Made by a program: the position numbers and the translations under genes
Shown: positions 8,305 through 16,071 of the stretch, in pieces
Layout of the letters: every line of letters starts with the position of its first letter
Numbering within the stretch: the stretch's first letter is position 1
The notes under the pieces: model-generated
What the model was told of the DNA's origin: nothing
The model's database searches: none
Seen by the model: the letters and a program-made list of their open reading frames with translations, nothing else
Source: an uncultured Bacillota bacterium
GTDB lineage: Bacteria > Bacillota > Dehalobacteriia > UBA7702
Assembly (NCBI GenBank): GCA_902766525.1
Contig: CACXDX010000179.1
Location: 1 to 38,794, forward strand
DNA length: 38,794 nucleotides
Direction: 5' to 3'

Positions 8305-8508
8305 GATATAGACAGTGACCTCCTCTCGAGGATATCCCCTTCTTCAAATTGGCGACGGATGATGAAAAACCATCATCCCAAATCAAGAGACTTTATCAAT
8401 CTCTCTTTTGTCGAGGAACGCTGTCATATCATGATGTAAAAAAAGTTAAGATGCTATTTTCTCAATAGTATTTTAACACTGAGATCCCGCTTATTCTCTA
8501 ATATTATT

Positions 8509-8538
8509 ATTGTACAAAAAATTCCGCTTCTTTGTCAA
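8509..8538 (-). promoter_or_regulatory. Sigma-A-type promoter upstream of the MarR-like/PAP2 operon
   Basis: Minus strand reads TTGACA (8538-8533), 18-nt spacer, TACAAT (8514-8509). This implies a ~200-nt leader before the ATG at 8304. Confidence 0.5.
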
Positions 8539-8559
8539 CTTAAATAAAAGATTATTGTT

Positions 8560-9513
8560 TTAGACCTGAAGCAATACTTCTTTTAAAATCCGACCGGCAT
8601 TAAAAAACCGATCATATTCTTCACTGCTCCAATTCTCATGAATTCTCTGCTGAACCCCGGCGGGACCGATCACGGAAGGAACCGACATCGCAACATCCCG
8701 TATGCCGTTTTCTCCCATCAATAAGGAAGATACGGACATGATCGTCGGCCGTTGGCTCAAAATAGCGTCAGCCAATTTACAAACACAAGTGGCAATCCCG
8801 AATTGAGTCCTTCCCTTGGAGGCAATGATATGACCGCCCATCTCCTTGATTTCCGATGTGATCGAATCCTTCACTTCTTCATTCCAAAGGATATCCATGG
8901 CCTTGCAATATTCGGCAATCGGAAAACCGTTGACAGTGACATGGCTCCATATCGGCACTTGTTCATCGGCATGCTCACCGACGATATAACCGTGAACGAC
9001 TCCGGGGCTGACTCCGATATGATCGGAAATAACCCGCAGAAAACGGCTCGTGTCAAGAATACAGCCGCTGCCGAAAACCATACCGTTGGGCAATCCCATC
9101 CAGCGATCCACTTTATAAGTCAGGATGTCTACGGGATTGGCCACGATCAAAATAACACCGCCGTTATAATATTTCTTGACTTCATCGATGACCGATTTCA
9201 TAATCACGATATTTTCAGCGGTGAGATCGAGGCGGGATTCTCCCGCTTTGCGGCCGCGGCCGGCAGTAATGATAATAAGATCACAATCCACACAATCACT
9301 GAAGTCTCCGGGACGAACGTCGCAGATCCCCATGGAAGAAAGACCGTGCCGAATATCTTTGGCTTCTCCGACCGTCTTTTGATAATTACTGTCGATCAGA
9401 ACGATCTCATTGGCAACATCTTTTAAAGCGATGGCATAGGCAATGGAAGAGCCGACGTGACCGACGCCGATCACAGCAACTTTGCGCTGACTTATCTTGA
9501 TTTTCGTTCTCAT
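8560..9513 (-). CDS. L-2-hydroxyacid dehydrogenase of the LDH family. Arg replaces the Gln102 specificity residue, so the substrate may not be pyruvate.
   Basis: Start at the ATG at 9513 after GGGAGGG. Rossmann motif VIGVGHVGSS, catalytic GEHAD His, LDTSRF Arg171. The loop ITAGRGRKAGESRLDL aligns without gaps to B. stearothermophilus LDH ICAGANQKPGETRLDL. Confidence 0.8.
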   Translation of the reverse strand: MRTKIKISQRKVAVIGVGHVGSSIAYAIALKDVANEIVLIDSNYQKTVGEAKDIRHGLSSMGICDVRPGDFSDCVDCDLIIITAGRGRKAGESRLDLTAENIVIMKSVIDEVKKYYNGGVILIVANPVDILTYKVDRWMGLPNGMVFGSGCILDTSRFLRVISDHIGVSPGVVHGYIVGEHADEQVPIWSHVTVNGFPIAEYCKAMDILWNEEVKDSITSEIKEMGGHIIASKGRTQFGIATCVCKLADAILSQRPTIMSVSSLLMGENGIRDVAMSVPSVIGPAGVQQRIHENWSSEEYDRFFNAGRILKEVLLQV

Positions 9514-9588
9514 ATTCCCTCCCATATCCCGCGCGGACATACAAATCACTTTCTACCGGAAAGCGACAGGGGACAAAGATCCCCGTCC

Positions 9589-10320
9589 TTACAGAACCGC
9601 AGCCAAAAAATCTTTTGTCCGATCCTGCTGAGGATTTCCGAACAATTCATCCGGTTTCCCCTGCTCACAAATGACTCCGTCGGCAATGAAAAGCACTCTG
9701 TCGGCAACATCCCGGGCAAAACCCATTTCGTGGGTAACAACAATCATCGTCATGCCCGCTTTAGCCAGTTCTTTCATAACGACAAGCACTTCCCCGACCA
9801 TTTCCGGATCGAGGGCGCTGGTAGGTTCATCAAAGAGCATAATATCGGGATCCATAGCCAATGCGCGGGCAATGGCGACACGCTGTTGCTGACCGCCGGA
9901 AAGCTGGTGGGGATAACAATCGATCTTGTCACTGAGTCCGACTCGCTCCAGCAACTCTTTGGCCCGGACTTCCGCCTGTTCTTTACTCATTTTTTTCAGT
10001 TCGACAGGGGCAAGCATTATATTTTTGCCTACGGTAAGATGGGCAAAAAGATTAAAGCTCTGAAAAACCATACCGATTCTTTCCCGGACTTTATTGATAT
10101 CGACATTCTTATCGGTAATCAAAATATCATCAACAATGATCTCTCCCGCGGTCACATCTTCCAATCGGTTGAGACAACGCAGAAAAGTCGATTTGCCGCC
10201 GCCGGAAGGACCGATGACACAAATAACTTCCCCCTCACTGATCTCAACATCAATTCCTTTAAGGACGTCGAGTTTCCCGAAGGATTTATGAAGATTACAT
10301 ACTTTAACTTTTTCTTTCAT
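9589..10320 (-). CDS. Polar amino-acid ABC transporter ATP-binding protein (GlnQ/HisP-like)
   Basis: Walker [10 protein letters not shown], signature LSGGQQQRV, Walker [13 protein letters not shown] set the start at MKEKVKV (10320), which overlaps the end of the permease gene. Confidence 0.9.
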   Translation of the reverse strand: MKEKVKVCNLHKSFGKLDVLKGIDVEISEGEVICVIGPSGGGKSTFLRCLNRLEDVTAGEIIVDDILITDKNVDINKVRERIGMVFQSFNLFAHLTVGKNIMLAPVELKKMSKEQAEVRAKELLERVGLSDKIDCYPHQLSGGQQQRVAIARALAMDPDIMLFDEPTSALDPEMVGEVLVVMKELAKAGMTMIVVTHEMGFARDVADRVLFIADGVICEQGKPDELFGNPQQDRTKDFLAAVL

Positions 10321-10981
10321 AATTGAATTTTTTCTCCACATATTTCGAAATGATCATTAAGATCGAAATGATCACCAGATAAAAAATGGCTAACAGCGTA
10401 TAGGTTTGGAAATAAAGATAAGAGGAACCGGCATAAACTTTTGCCTTGTTGGCCAGTTCCGGCAAACCGATAACGGAAAGGATAGAAGTATCTTTCACCG
10501 TAATGATAAACTGATTGACCATCGAGGGAATCGCGATCTTCACCGCCTGCGGCAGGACAATTTTCACAAAGGTTTTGGAATAGGGAAGCCCCAAACTGCG
10601 TGCGGCTTCGACCTGACCCGGGGGGACCGCCGAAATGCCGCTGCGAAAGATCTCGGCAAGATAAGCCCCGGCATTGAGACTCAGCGTGATAATGGAAGCG
10701 GTAATATTGCTCAAGGTAAAACCGGGCGCGAAAAGATTGATCATCTGGGGGATCCCAAAATAGACGACAAGAGCCTGGACCAGCATCGGCGTTCCGCGAA
10801 TGACCCAAATATAAACGGCGGAGATCCCTTTTAAAATTTTACTGCGGCTCATTCCGAAAAGGCACATAAAAAGCCCGATCAGAATACCGATGGCAATGGA
10901 AATCAAAGAGATCAGAACCGTGATCTTTAACCCCTCAAACAATAAGGGAGTAGCGTTTTCCAGCACTTTTTCAATGTTCAT
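10304..10981 (-). CDS. Polar amino-acid ABC transporter permease (HisM/GlnP family)
   Basis: Start at MNIEKVLE (10981). Multi-TM protein with an EAA-like loop ([23 protein letters not shown]). Confidence 0.85.
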   Translation of the reverse strand: MNIEKVLENATPLLFEGLKITVLISLISIAIGILIGLFMCLFGMSRSKILKGISAVYIWVIRGTPMLVQALVVYFGIPQMINLFAPGFTLSNITASIITLSLNAGAYLAEIFRSGISAVPPGQVEAARSLGLPYSKTFVKIVLPQAVKIAIPSMVNQFIITVKDTSILSVIGLPELANKAKVYAGSSYLYFQTYTLLAIFYLVIISILMIISKYVEKKFNYERKS

Positions 10982-11026
10982 GGCAGATTCCTTTATTCTG
11001 TAATTTAAACACCATTTTATGACGCA

Positions 11027-11057
11027 ACCCAAGCTCCGTTTCTCACGGAGCTTGGGT
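11027..11057 (-). other. 12-bp intercistronic stem-loop between the binding-protein and permease genes
   Basis: ACCCAAGCTCCG / CGGAGCTTGGGT with a 7-nt loop. There is no T-run after it on the minus strand, so it looks more like an mRNA-stabilising or attenuating hairpin than a full terminator. Confidence 0.5.
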
Positions 11058-11155
11058 CTGCGATTTATTGTTCATAATAAACTCGGTTTTTAAATAAATA
11101 ATTCTTTGCAGCCGACAACGTTTTCAAAAAACAACGGCGATTACTTCAGAGAATC

Positions 11156-11914
11156 TTATTCACCGTAACCGTATTTTGCGAGAATTTCATCATACTGACC
11201 GGAAGCTTTAATGTTGGCGAGACCCGCGTTAAACATTTCCAGAAGTTCGGCATTTTCGCCTTTCTTTACGGCAAAACCGTAATAAGCGGGATTGACGATA
11301 TCGCCAACGGTAACGAGCTTAACTTCACCCTGTTCGATGGCCCAGCAAATAACGTTGTAATCTTCAACGCAGGCCGCATCGGCGCCATTGGAGACTGCCG
11401 TATACATCGTCGGAGAATCTTCGTAAACTTCAAGGGTATACCCGTAAGTATCTTTGTTCGCGGTAGCATAATCAGCACCCATGGTGCCGCTCTTCACAGC
11501 CAATTTTTTACCGGAAAGATCTTCCCATGAGGTGATATCACTGCCTTCGGGAGCGACGAGGATTTGACCGTCTTCAAAATAACCTTCGGAAAAGTCAAAG
11601 GTTTCGGCTCTTTCTTCGGTGATGGTCATCCCGGCGATCATCGCATCGGCCTGCCCGGATTGAACTGCACCCATCGAAGCGTCAAAGCCTTCATTCAGCA
11701 CTTCGTATTCAAAGCCCTGATCTTCGGCAATAGCGGCCAGCAGTTCCATATCGATACCGACATATTCATTGGTTTCTTCATCGAGGAACTCAAAGGGAGC
11801 AAATGCGTTGTCGGAATAGATCACGTAAGCATCGGAACCACCGCAAGCGGTAAGGGACAGGCACATCATTACAGCGACGACGCAGACCGTCACAATCAAC
11901 AGAGTTCTTTTCAT
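11156..11914 (-). CDS. Polar amino-acid ABC transporter substrate-binding lipoprotein
   Basis: Start at MKRTLLIV (11914). Signal peptide with lipobox LTAC. SBP_bac_3-like body (FAPFEF...MIAGMTITEER...LAVKSGT). Confidence 0.85.
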   Translation of the reverse strand: MKRTLLIVTVCVVAVMMCLSLTACGGSDAYVIYSDNAFAPFEFLDEETNEYVGIDMELLAAIAEDQGFEYEVLNEGFDASMGAVQSGQADAMIAGMTITEERAETFDFSEGYFEDGQILVAPEGSDITSWEDLSGKKLAVKSGTMGADYATANKDTYGYTLEVYEDSPTMYTAVSNGADAACVEDYNVICWAIEQGEVKLVTVGDIVNPAYYGFAVKKGENAELLEMFNAGLANIKASGQYDEILAKYGYGE

Positions 11915-12069
11915 CTTTTCACTCTTCCTTTCATTAACGTCATTAATAAAGACGTTTTCTTTTTTAACAGGTTGAGGATCCTTATCCATCTCACCTGCCA
12001 ATCTGTATTTATTGTATCATCTTTCCCGCTAAAAAGATAGTAAACTTTTAAGTATAGCCCTATTAATAT

Positions 12070-12085
12070 ATAAAATGCATTTTAT
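12070..12085. repeat. Perfect 16-bp palindrome ATAAAATGCATTTTAT in the divergent intergenic region
   Basis: Read directly from the sequence. It lies between the ABC-transporter operon (minus) and the DUF3786-like gene (plus). Confidence 0.4.
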
Positions 12086-12123
12086 TTATGATATAAATCG
12101 CAATACATGACATCATAAAAAAG

Positions 12124-12152
12124 TTGCCGTTTTTTATTTCACTTAGTATAAT
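12124..12152 (+). promoter_or_regulatory. Sigma-A-type promoter for the DUF3786-like gene
   Basis: TTGCCG (12124-12129), 17-nt spacer, TATAAT (12147-12152). Confidence 0.55.
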
Positions 12153-12182
12153 TGGTTAAATGGGCAAGAAAGGAAACCGATC

Positions 12183-12803
12183 GTGAATACATTGAATCAA
12201 ACGGAACAAATCATGAAAACAACCGCACTTGAGCGATTGCAAAAGCATATGCCGGAAGATATCGCCGAACGCTGTAACTTGATTTATGAGAAAAACCGAC
12301 AGTGTTTTCATTTTTCCGGACTGTTTGGCGATATCTTGATACAGTATCCCTCCTTCAAGATATCTCCGACGCCGGATTTTTGGTATGAAATCGTCCTCCT
12401 CCACTATCTGGATTTTTGCGACGGCAGTGCCGGGGGAGAGCAATATTTACCGTTGGCCGTTTTCAAAGACGGAACCGTTCGAGGCAGCGATTTTGACCGC
12501 AAATGCAACCGCATGATTGCCGATTTTTGCCGGGGCGTAGAGGAAAAAACCGTTAAAGAAGCCTGTTTCGCTCTGGGCGGCAAAGAAACGGAAGGAAAGG
12601 GCGATCTTAATGTCATTTTTCCTGTTCTGCCGAAATATCGTCTGTTGCTGCGCATCTGGTTTGAGGACGATGAATTGCCGCCTTCGGGAGTTCTGCTTTT
12701 CCGCGAGGGAGCCGATCATTATCTTTCCATGGAAGACAGCGTCGTCATCGGCGAATGGCTGATGACTTCCCTTCGGGACAAAATCAAAATGATGACAAAT
12801 TAA
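12183..12803 (+). CDS. DUF3786-like protein (uncharacterised family often found near corrinoid/Fe-S proteins)
   Basis: The length and pattern (xLHYL...G..y.......F.DG......F......I...F...LGG......GD......VLP...L....W..D.E.PP....LF......YL..ED) match my recollection of DUF3786. The start is the GTG at 12183 (AAAGGAAA upstream) or the ATG at 12213. Confidence 0.5.
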   Translation: MNTLNQTEQIMKTTALERLQKHMPEDIAERCNLIYEKNRQCFHFSGLFGDILIQYPSFKISPTPDFWYEIVLLHYLDFCDGSAGGEQYLPLAVFKDGTVRGSDFDRKCNRMIADFCRGVEEKTVKEACFALGGKETEGKGDLNVIFPVLPKYRLLLRIWFEDDELPPSGVLLFREGADHYLSMEDSVVIGEWLMTSLRDKIKMMTN

Positions 12804-12896
12804 AACAGCTGCTGTTCTCACAAAACTTTTTCCGTAATTGTTTTATTCTTCATTTTATGTTATGATTTTAGCATAAGACACCCGGAGGTCATCACC

Positions 12897-13523
12897 ATGA
12901 AACTTGCGACCAATATACGTTTTCTGCGTAAATCCCACCGGATGAATCAGGCTGAACTTGCAAAAGAGCTGGGTTACCGTTCTTTTACCACCATCCAGAA
13001 ATGGGAAACGGGGAGCTCGGAACCGCCTGTTTCCACCCTCCTCAAGCTCTGCGAATTATTTGATGTCAGCATAGATGAGATCATCAGCGCCGATCTTCCC
13101 CGGGGTGAACGCATGATCCGAAATGAGGAAATCGTTCATATACCGGTACTGGGAAATGTTGCCGCGGGGATTCCCATCGAAGCCGTGGAGCAAATCCTCG
13201 ACTATGAGGATTTTCCCGCTTCCAAAGTTAAAGATCGGAATTATTTCGGTCTGCGCATCAAGGGCAATTCCATGGCTCCGAGAATCGTTGAAGGCGACGT
13301 GGTCATCGTTCACCGCCAGGAATATGCGGACAACGGTGATATCGCCATCGTCATGGTGGAAAACAATGATGCGACCTGCAAAAAAATCAAAAAAAGCGAT
13401 AAAGGACTGCTGATGATTCCTTTAAATCATGAGTATGAACCCATTTTTTACACCAATGAGGAAATACGGGATCTGCCGGTAAAAATCATCGGGAAAGTCG
13501 TTGAACTGAGAGGTAAATTTTAA
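12897..13523 (+). CDS. XRE-family HTH plus S24 peptidase (LexA/CI-like self-cleaving repressor)
   Basis: N-terminal HTH_3 (IRFLRKSHRMNQAELAKELGYRSFTTIQKWETGSSEP), Ala-Gly cleavage site (NVAAGIPIEA), catalytic GNSMAP Ser and ATCKKI Lys. Confidence 0.85.
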   Translation: MKLATNIRFLRKSHRMNQAELAKELGYRSFTTIQKWETGSSEPPVSTLLKLCELFDVSIDEIISADLPRGERMIRNEEIVHIPVLGNVAAGIPIEAVEQILDYEDFPASKVKDRNYFGLRIKGNSMAPRIVEGDVVIVHRQEYADNGDIAIVMVENNDATCKKIKKSDKGLLMIPLNHEYEPIFYTNEEIRDLPVKIIGKVVELRGKF

Positions 13524-13566
13524 AGAAGCTGCCGGGACTTCTCAGCGTTTCAACAATTAACAACTT

Positions 13567-13593
13567 TCTTTCACTTCGGTGAAAGACTTTTTC
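13567..13593 (+). terminator. Intrinsic terminator after the XRE-S24 gene
   Basis: TCTTTCAC-ttcg-GTGAAAGA followed by CTTTTT. Confidence 0.65.
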
Positions 13594-13779
13594 TCCGATT
13601 ATTTCCATCATATCCATAAAAAAGCAAAGCCGTTTGAGAAGACGGCTTTCTCCTTCTTTATGACCACATTTTGCAGGTATAATACAAAATTATTTCTTTA
13701 CTTGTACACAAAAAAAAGGTATAATAAGAAAAACGCGGCGGGTCGGTCGGCGCAAAACATCAAGGGAGGAAGGTACCGC

Positions 13780-14682
13780 ATGGCGAATCGTCCAATAAAG
13801 AGAAAAAAGACATCGGCAAGTAATCGGGAACAACAGCGAATCAAGAAAAAAAAAGCTGAAAAAACCGTTTCTCCTCTCGTCTTCGGATTACGGATCGCCG
13901 CGATTCTCGCGGTTTATCTCATCGCCTATATTTTTCTTTCCCACAGTACCTTCAAAGTGGAAAACATTGCGGTTGAGGGAAACAGCGTCATCTCCGCGGA
14001 AGATATTATTTCACTTTCCGGCATCAGCGTCGGCGATGATATCTTTCAGACAGACGTCAACGCCGCCGAAGATCAGATTTCCCTTCATGTGATGATCGAT
14101 GACGTTAACGTGCGCATTCGTCCTTTCCACAAAATCCTCATCGAGATCACGGAAAAGGATGCCGTTGCCCAATTTGTTTTAAATGATACATATTATTACA
14201 TCAACGAAAACCTGACCGTCGTCGGAGAAAGCGACAGCCTTGATGAAAAACTGCCGCTCTTTCTAAGCGATGACCTGCCTGATTTTATCTCCATCGGCAT
14301 GAATCTGAAAAGCGCCGGACTTGAAAGCGATCTCGTCATCGCCAAAGCGATTCAAAATCATTTTGACGGTTACGAAGTTGTCATCGCCGGGCAGGGAGAA
14401 AGTGATAATGCCATATACATCAACGGCGTTGAAGTTCGCCTCGGCACCGACAGCCGCTTCGATGAAAAAGTGGAAGCCATTGAAAAGCTTTTGGCATCCA
14501 TGTCCGAACTAAAACTGGAAAGTCTCGAATATATCGATGTCAGCATTGCCGACGAACCGGTTTTAAAGGAACGTCCCATCGGTGACGACGGCAGCGGAGA
14601 CGATGAAGACAAAGAAGAAACATCGACACCCTCAAAATCAACTCAGGTAAAGAATAAACGCGATACGAGTGAAGCGGAATAA
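13780..14682 (+). CDS. ftsQ: Cell division protein FtsQ/DivIB
   Basis: ORF 13579..14682. I set the start at the ATG at 13780 after AGGGAGGAAGG. It has a basic N-terminus, a single TM, a POTRA domain (FKVENIAVEGNSVISAEDIISLSGISVGDDIF) and an acidic tail. Confidence 0.85.
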   Translation: MANRPIKRKKTSASNREQQRIKKKKAEKTVSPLVFGLRIAAILAVYLIAYIFLSHSTFKVENIAVEGNSVISAEDIISLSGISVGDDIFQTDVNAAEDQISLHVMIDDVNVRIRPFHKILIEITEKDAVAQFVLNDTYYYINENLTVVGESDSLDEKLPLFLSDDLPDFISIGMNLKSAGLESDLVIAKAIQNHFDGYEVVIAGQGESDNAIYINGVEVRLGTDSRFDEKVEAIEKLLASMSELKLESLEYIDVSIADEPVLKERPIGDDGSGDDEDKEETSTPSKSTQVKNKRDTSEAE

Positions 14683-14735
14683 AAATTTTCCGTTCTGATG
14701 CCGCTAAAAATTTATAAAAAGAATCAAGATATTTA

Positions 14736-14762
14736 GCAGGAATTAAGAAAATGTTGTCGAAT
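14736..14762 (+). promoter_or_regulatory. Sigma-H-like promoter candidate upstream of ftsZ
   Basis: gcAGGAAT (14736-14743), 12 nt, gtcGAAT (14756-14762). This fits the B. subtilis sigma-H pattern RnAGGwWW-N11-12-RnnGAAT as I remember it. Confidence 0.35.
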
Positions 14763-14874
14763 AAGGAACAAGGGTATTTTTATATCCGATTTTAAGGTTA
14801 TCCGAAAACGGAAAAAATGACCGTTAAACGAATGGTTTCGTTTACAGATATATGAAAACGGGAGGAAAAATTGC

Positions 14875-15954
14875 ATGGCACTGGAATTTGAAGATATGGA
14901 ATACGATCAATTTGCGAAAATCCGCGTCGTCGGCGTCGGCGGCGGCGGAAACAACTCCATTGACCATATGGTCAATAACAAAGTCAATGGCGTCAATTTT
15001 GTCGCAATCAATACCGACCTTCAGGCTTTGAAACGCTCCGTAGCCGACGAAAAGCTGCAAATCGGTACAAAACTCACCAAAGGTCTCGGCTCGGGCGGCA
15101 ATCCCGAAATGGGCAGAAAATCCGCCGAAGAAAGCAGAGAAGATATTAAGGAAATGCTGAACGGATCCGATATGGTCTTTGTCACCGCCGGCATGGGCGG
15201 CGGGACCGGAACCGGCGCCGCGCCGATCGTAGCCAGCATCGCCCGGGAAGTCGGCGCGTTGACTGTCGGTGTTGTCACCCGTCCCTTCAGCTTTGAAGGA
15301 CGCCGCCGTTCGCAGCAGGCGGAATACGGCATTTCCGAATTAAAAGAACATGTTGATGCTTTGATCACGATTCCCAACGATAAGCTTCTTCAGATCGTTG
15401 ATAACCGTACACCGATGACGGATGCCTTTGCCATTGTCAATGACGTTCTTCATCAGGGGATCCAAAGTATTACCGATTTGATCAGTACCCCCGCTTTGAT
15501 CAATCTCGACTTTAACGATGTGAAGAGTGTCATGAAGGATGCGGGCAGCGCTCTTATGGGCATCGGTGTTGCCAAAGGCGAAAACCGCGCCGTGGAAGCG
15601 GCCACCCAGGCAATCAGCAGCCCGCTGCTGGAATCCTCCATTAACGGCGCTCAGGGCGTGATCCTGAATATTACCGGCTGCAATAATCTCAGCCTCTTCG
15701 AAGTCAACGAAGCCGCCAAGATTGTCGAAGCCGCAGCCGATAAGGAAGCCAACATCATCTTCGGCGCCGCGATTGACGAAACACTTGATGACGAAGTTCG
15801 CGTCATCGTCATCGCCACGGGATTCGACGGCGACAAAAACCCCGTTCCCAAAGAAAAGGAACGCCGCGGCAGCAGCGAATCATCCTCCCTTTCTTTCGGA
15901 GAATTCGATCCCGATGAATTGGATATCCCTTCGTTCCTTCGCCATAGAGACTGA
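14875..15954 (+). CDS. ftsZ: Cell division GTPase FtsZ
   Basis: GVGGGGNN and [10 protein letters not shown] tubulin signature. The C-terminal peptide is DIPSFLR. GGGAGGAAAA SD lies upstream of the ATG. Confidence 0.97.
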   Translation: MALEFEDMEYDQFAKIRVVGVGGGGNNSIDHMVNNKVNGVNFVAINTDLQALKRSVADEKLQIGTKLTKGLGSGGNPEMGRKSAEESREDIKEMLNGSDMVFVTAGMGGGTGTGAAPIVASIAREVGALTVGVVTRPFSFEGRRRSQQAEYGISELKEHVDALITIPNDKLLQIVDNRTPMTDAFAIVNDVLHQGIQSITDLISTPALINLDFNDVKSVMKDAGSALMGIGVAKGENRAVEAATQAISSPLLESSINGAQGVILNITGCNNLSLFEVNEAAKIVEAAADKEANIIFGAAIDETLDDEVRVIVIATGFDGDKNPVPKEKERRGSSESSSLSFGEFDPDELDIPSFLRHRD

Positions 15955-15959
15955 TTCTT

Positions 15960-16015
15960 AAAAAACAGACCTCCGTCCGCCAAACAAAGCGGCAACGGAG
16001 GTCTTTTTCTTTTTT
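15960..16015. terminator. Bidirectional intrinsic terminator shared by the convergent ftsZ and murA genes
   Basis: 10-bp stem AGACCTCCGT (15967-15976) / ACGGAGGTCT (15995-16004) with an inner CCGC/GCGG stem, an A-run upstream and TTTTTCTTTTTT downstream. Confidence 0.8.
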
Positions 16016-16071
16016 CATGCTCCGATTCGGACCCGCCCGACATCTTTTGGTGCTCCGATTGCGGAGCATTT

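Noticed and set aside
9457-10326. 289-aa plus-strand ORF antisense to the ABC ATPase gene. The same applies to 28450..29364 (+), 33561..34235 (-), 34232..34780 (-), 35007..35720 (-), 36176..36805 (+), 18658..19422 (+), 8752..9426 (+), 5686..6234 (+) and 27723..28331 (+).
   Set aside because: These are shadow ORFs lying entirely inside well-supported genes on the opposite strand. Their compositions are low-complexity and Arg/Gly/His-rich, with no SD-plus-start context and no recognisable domains.
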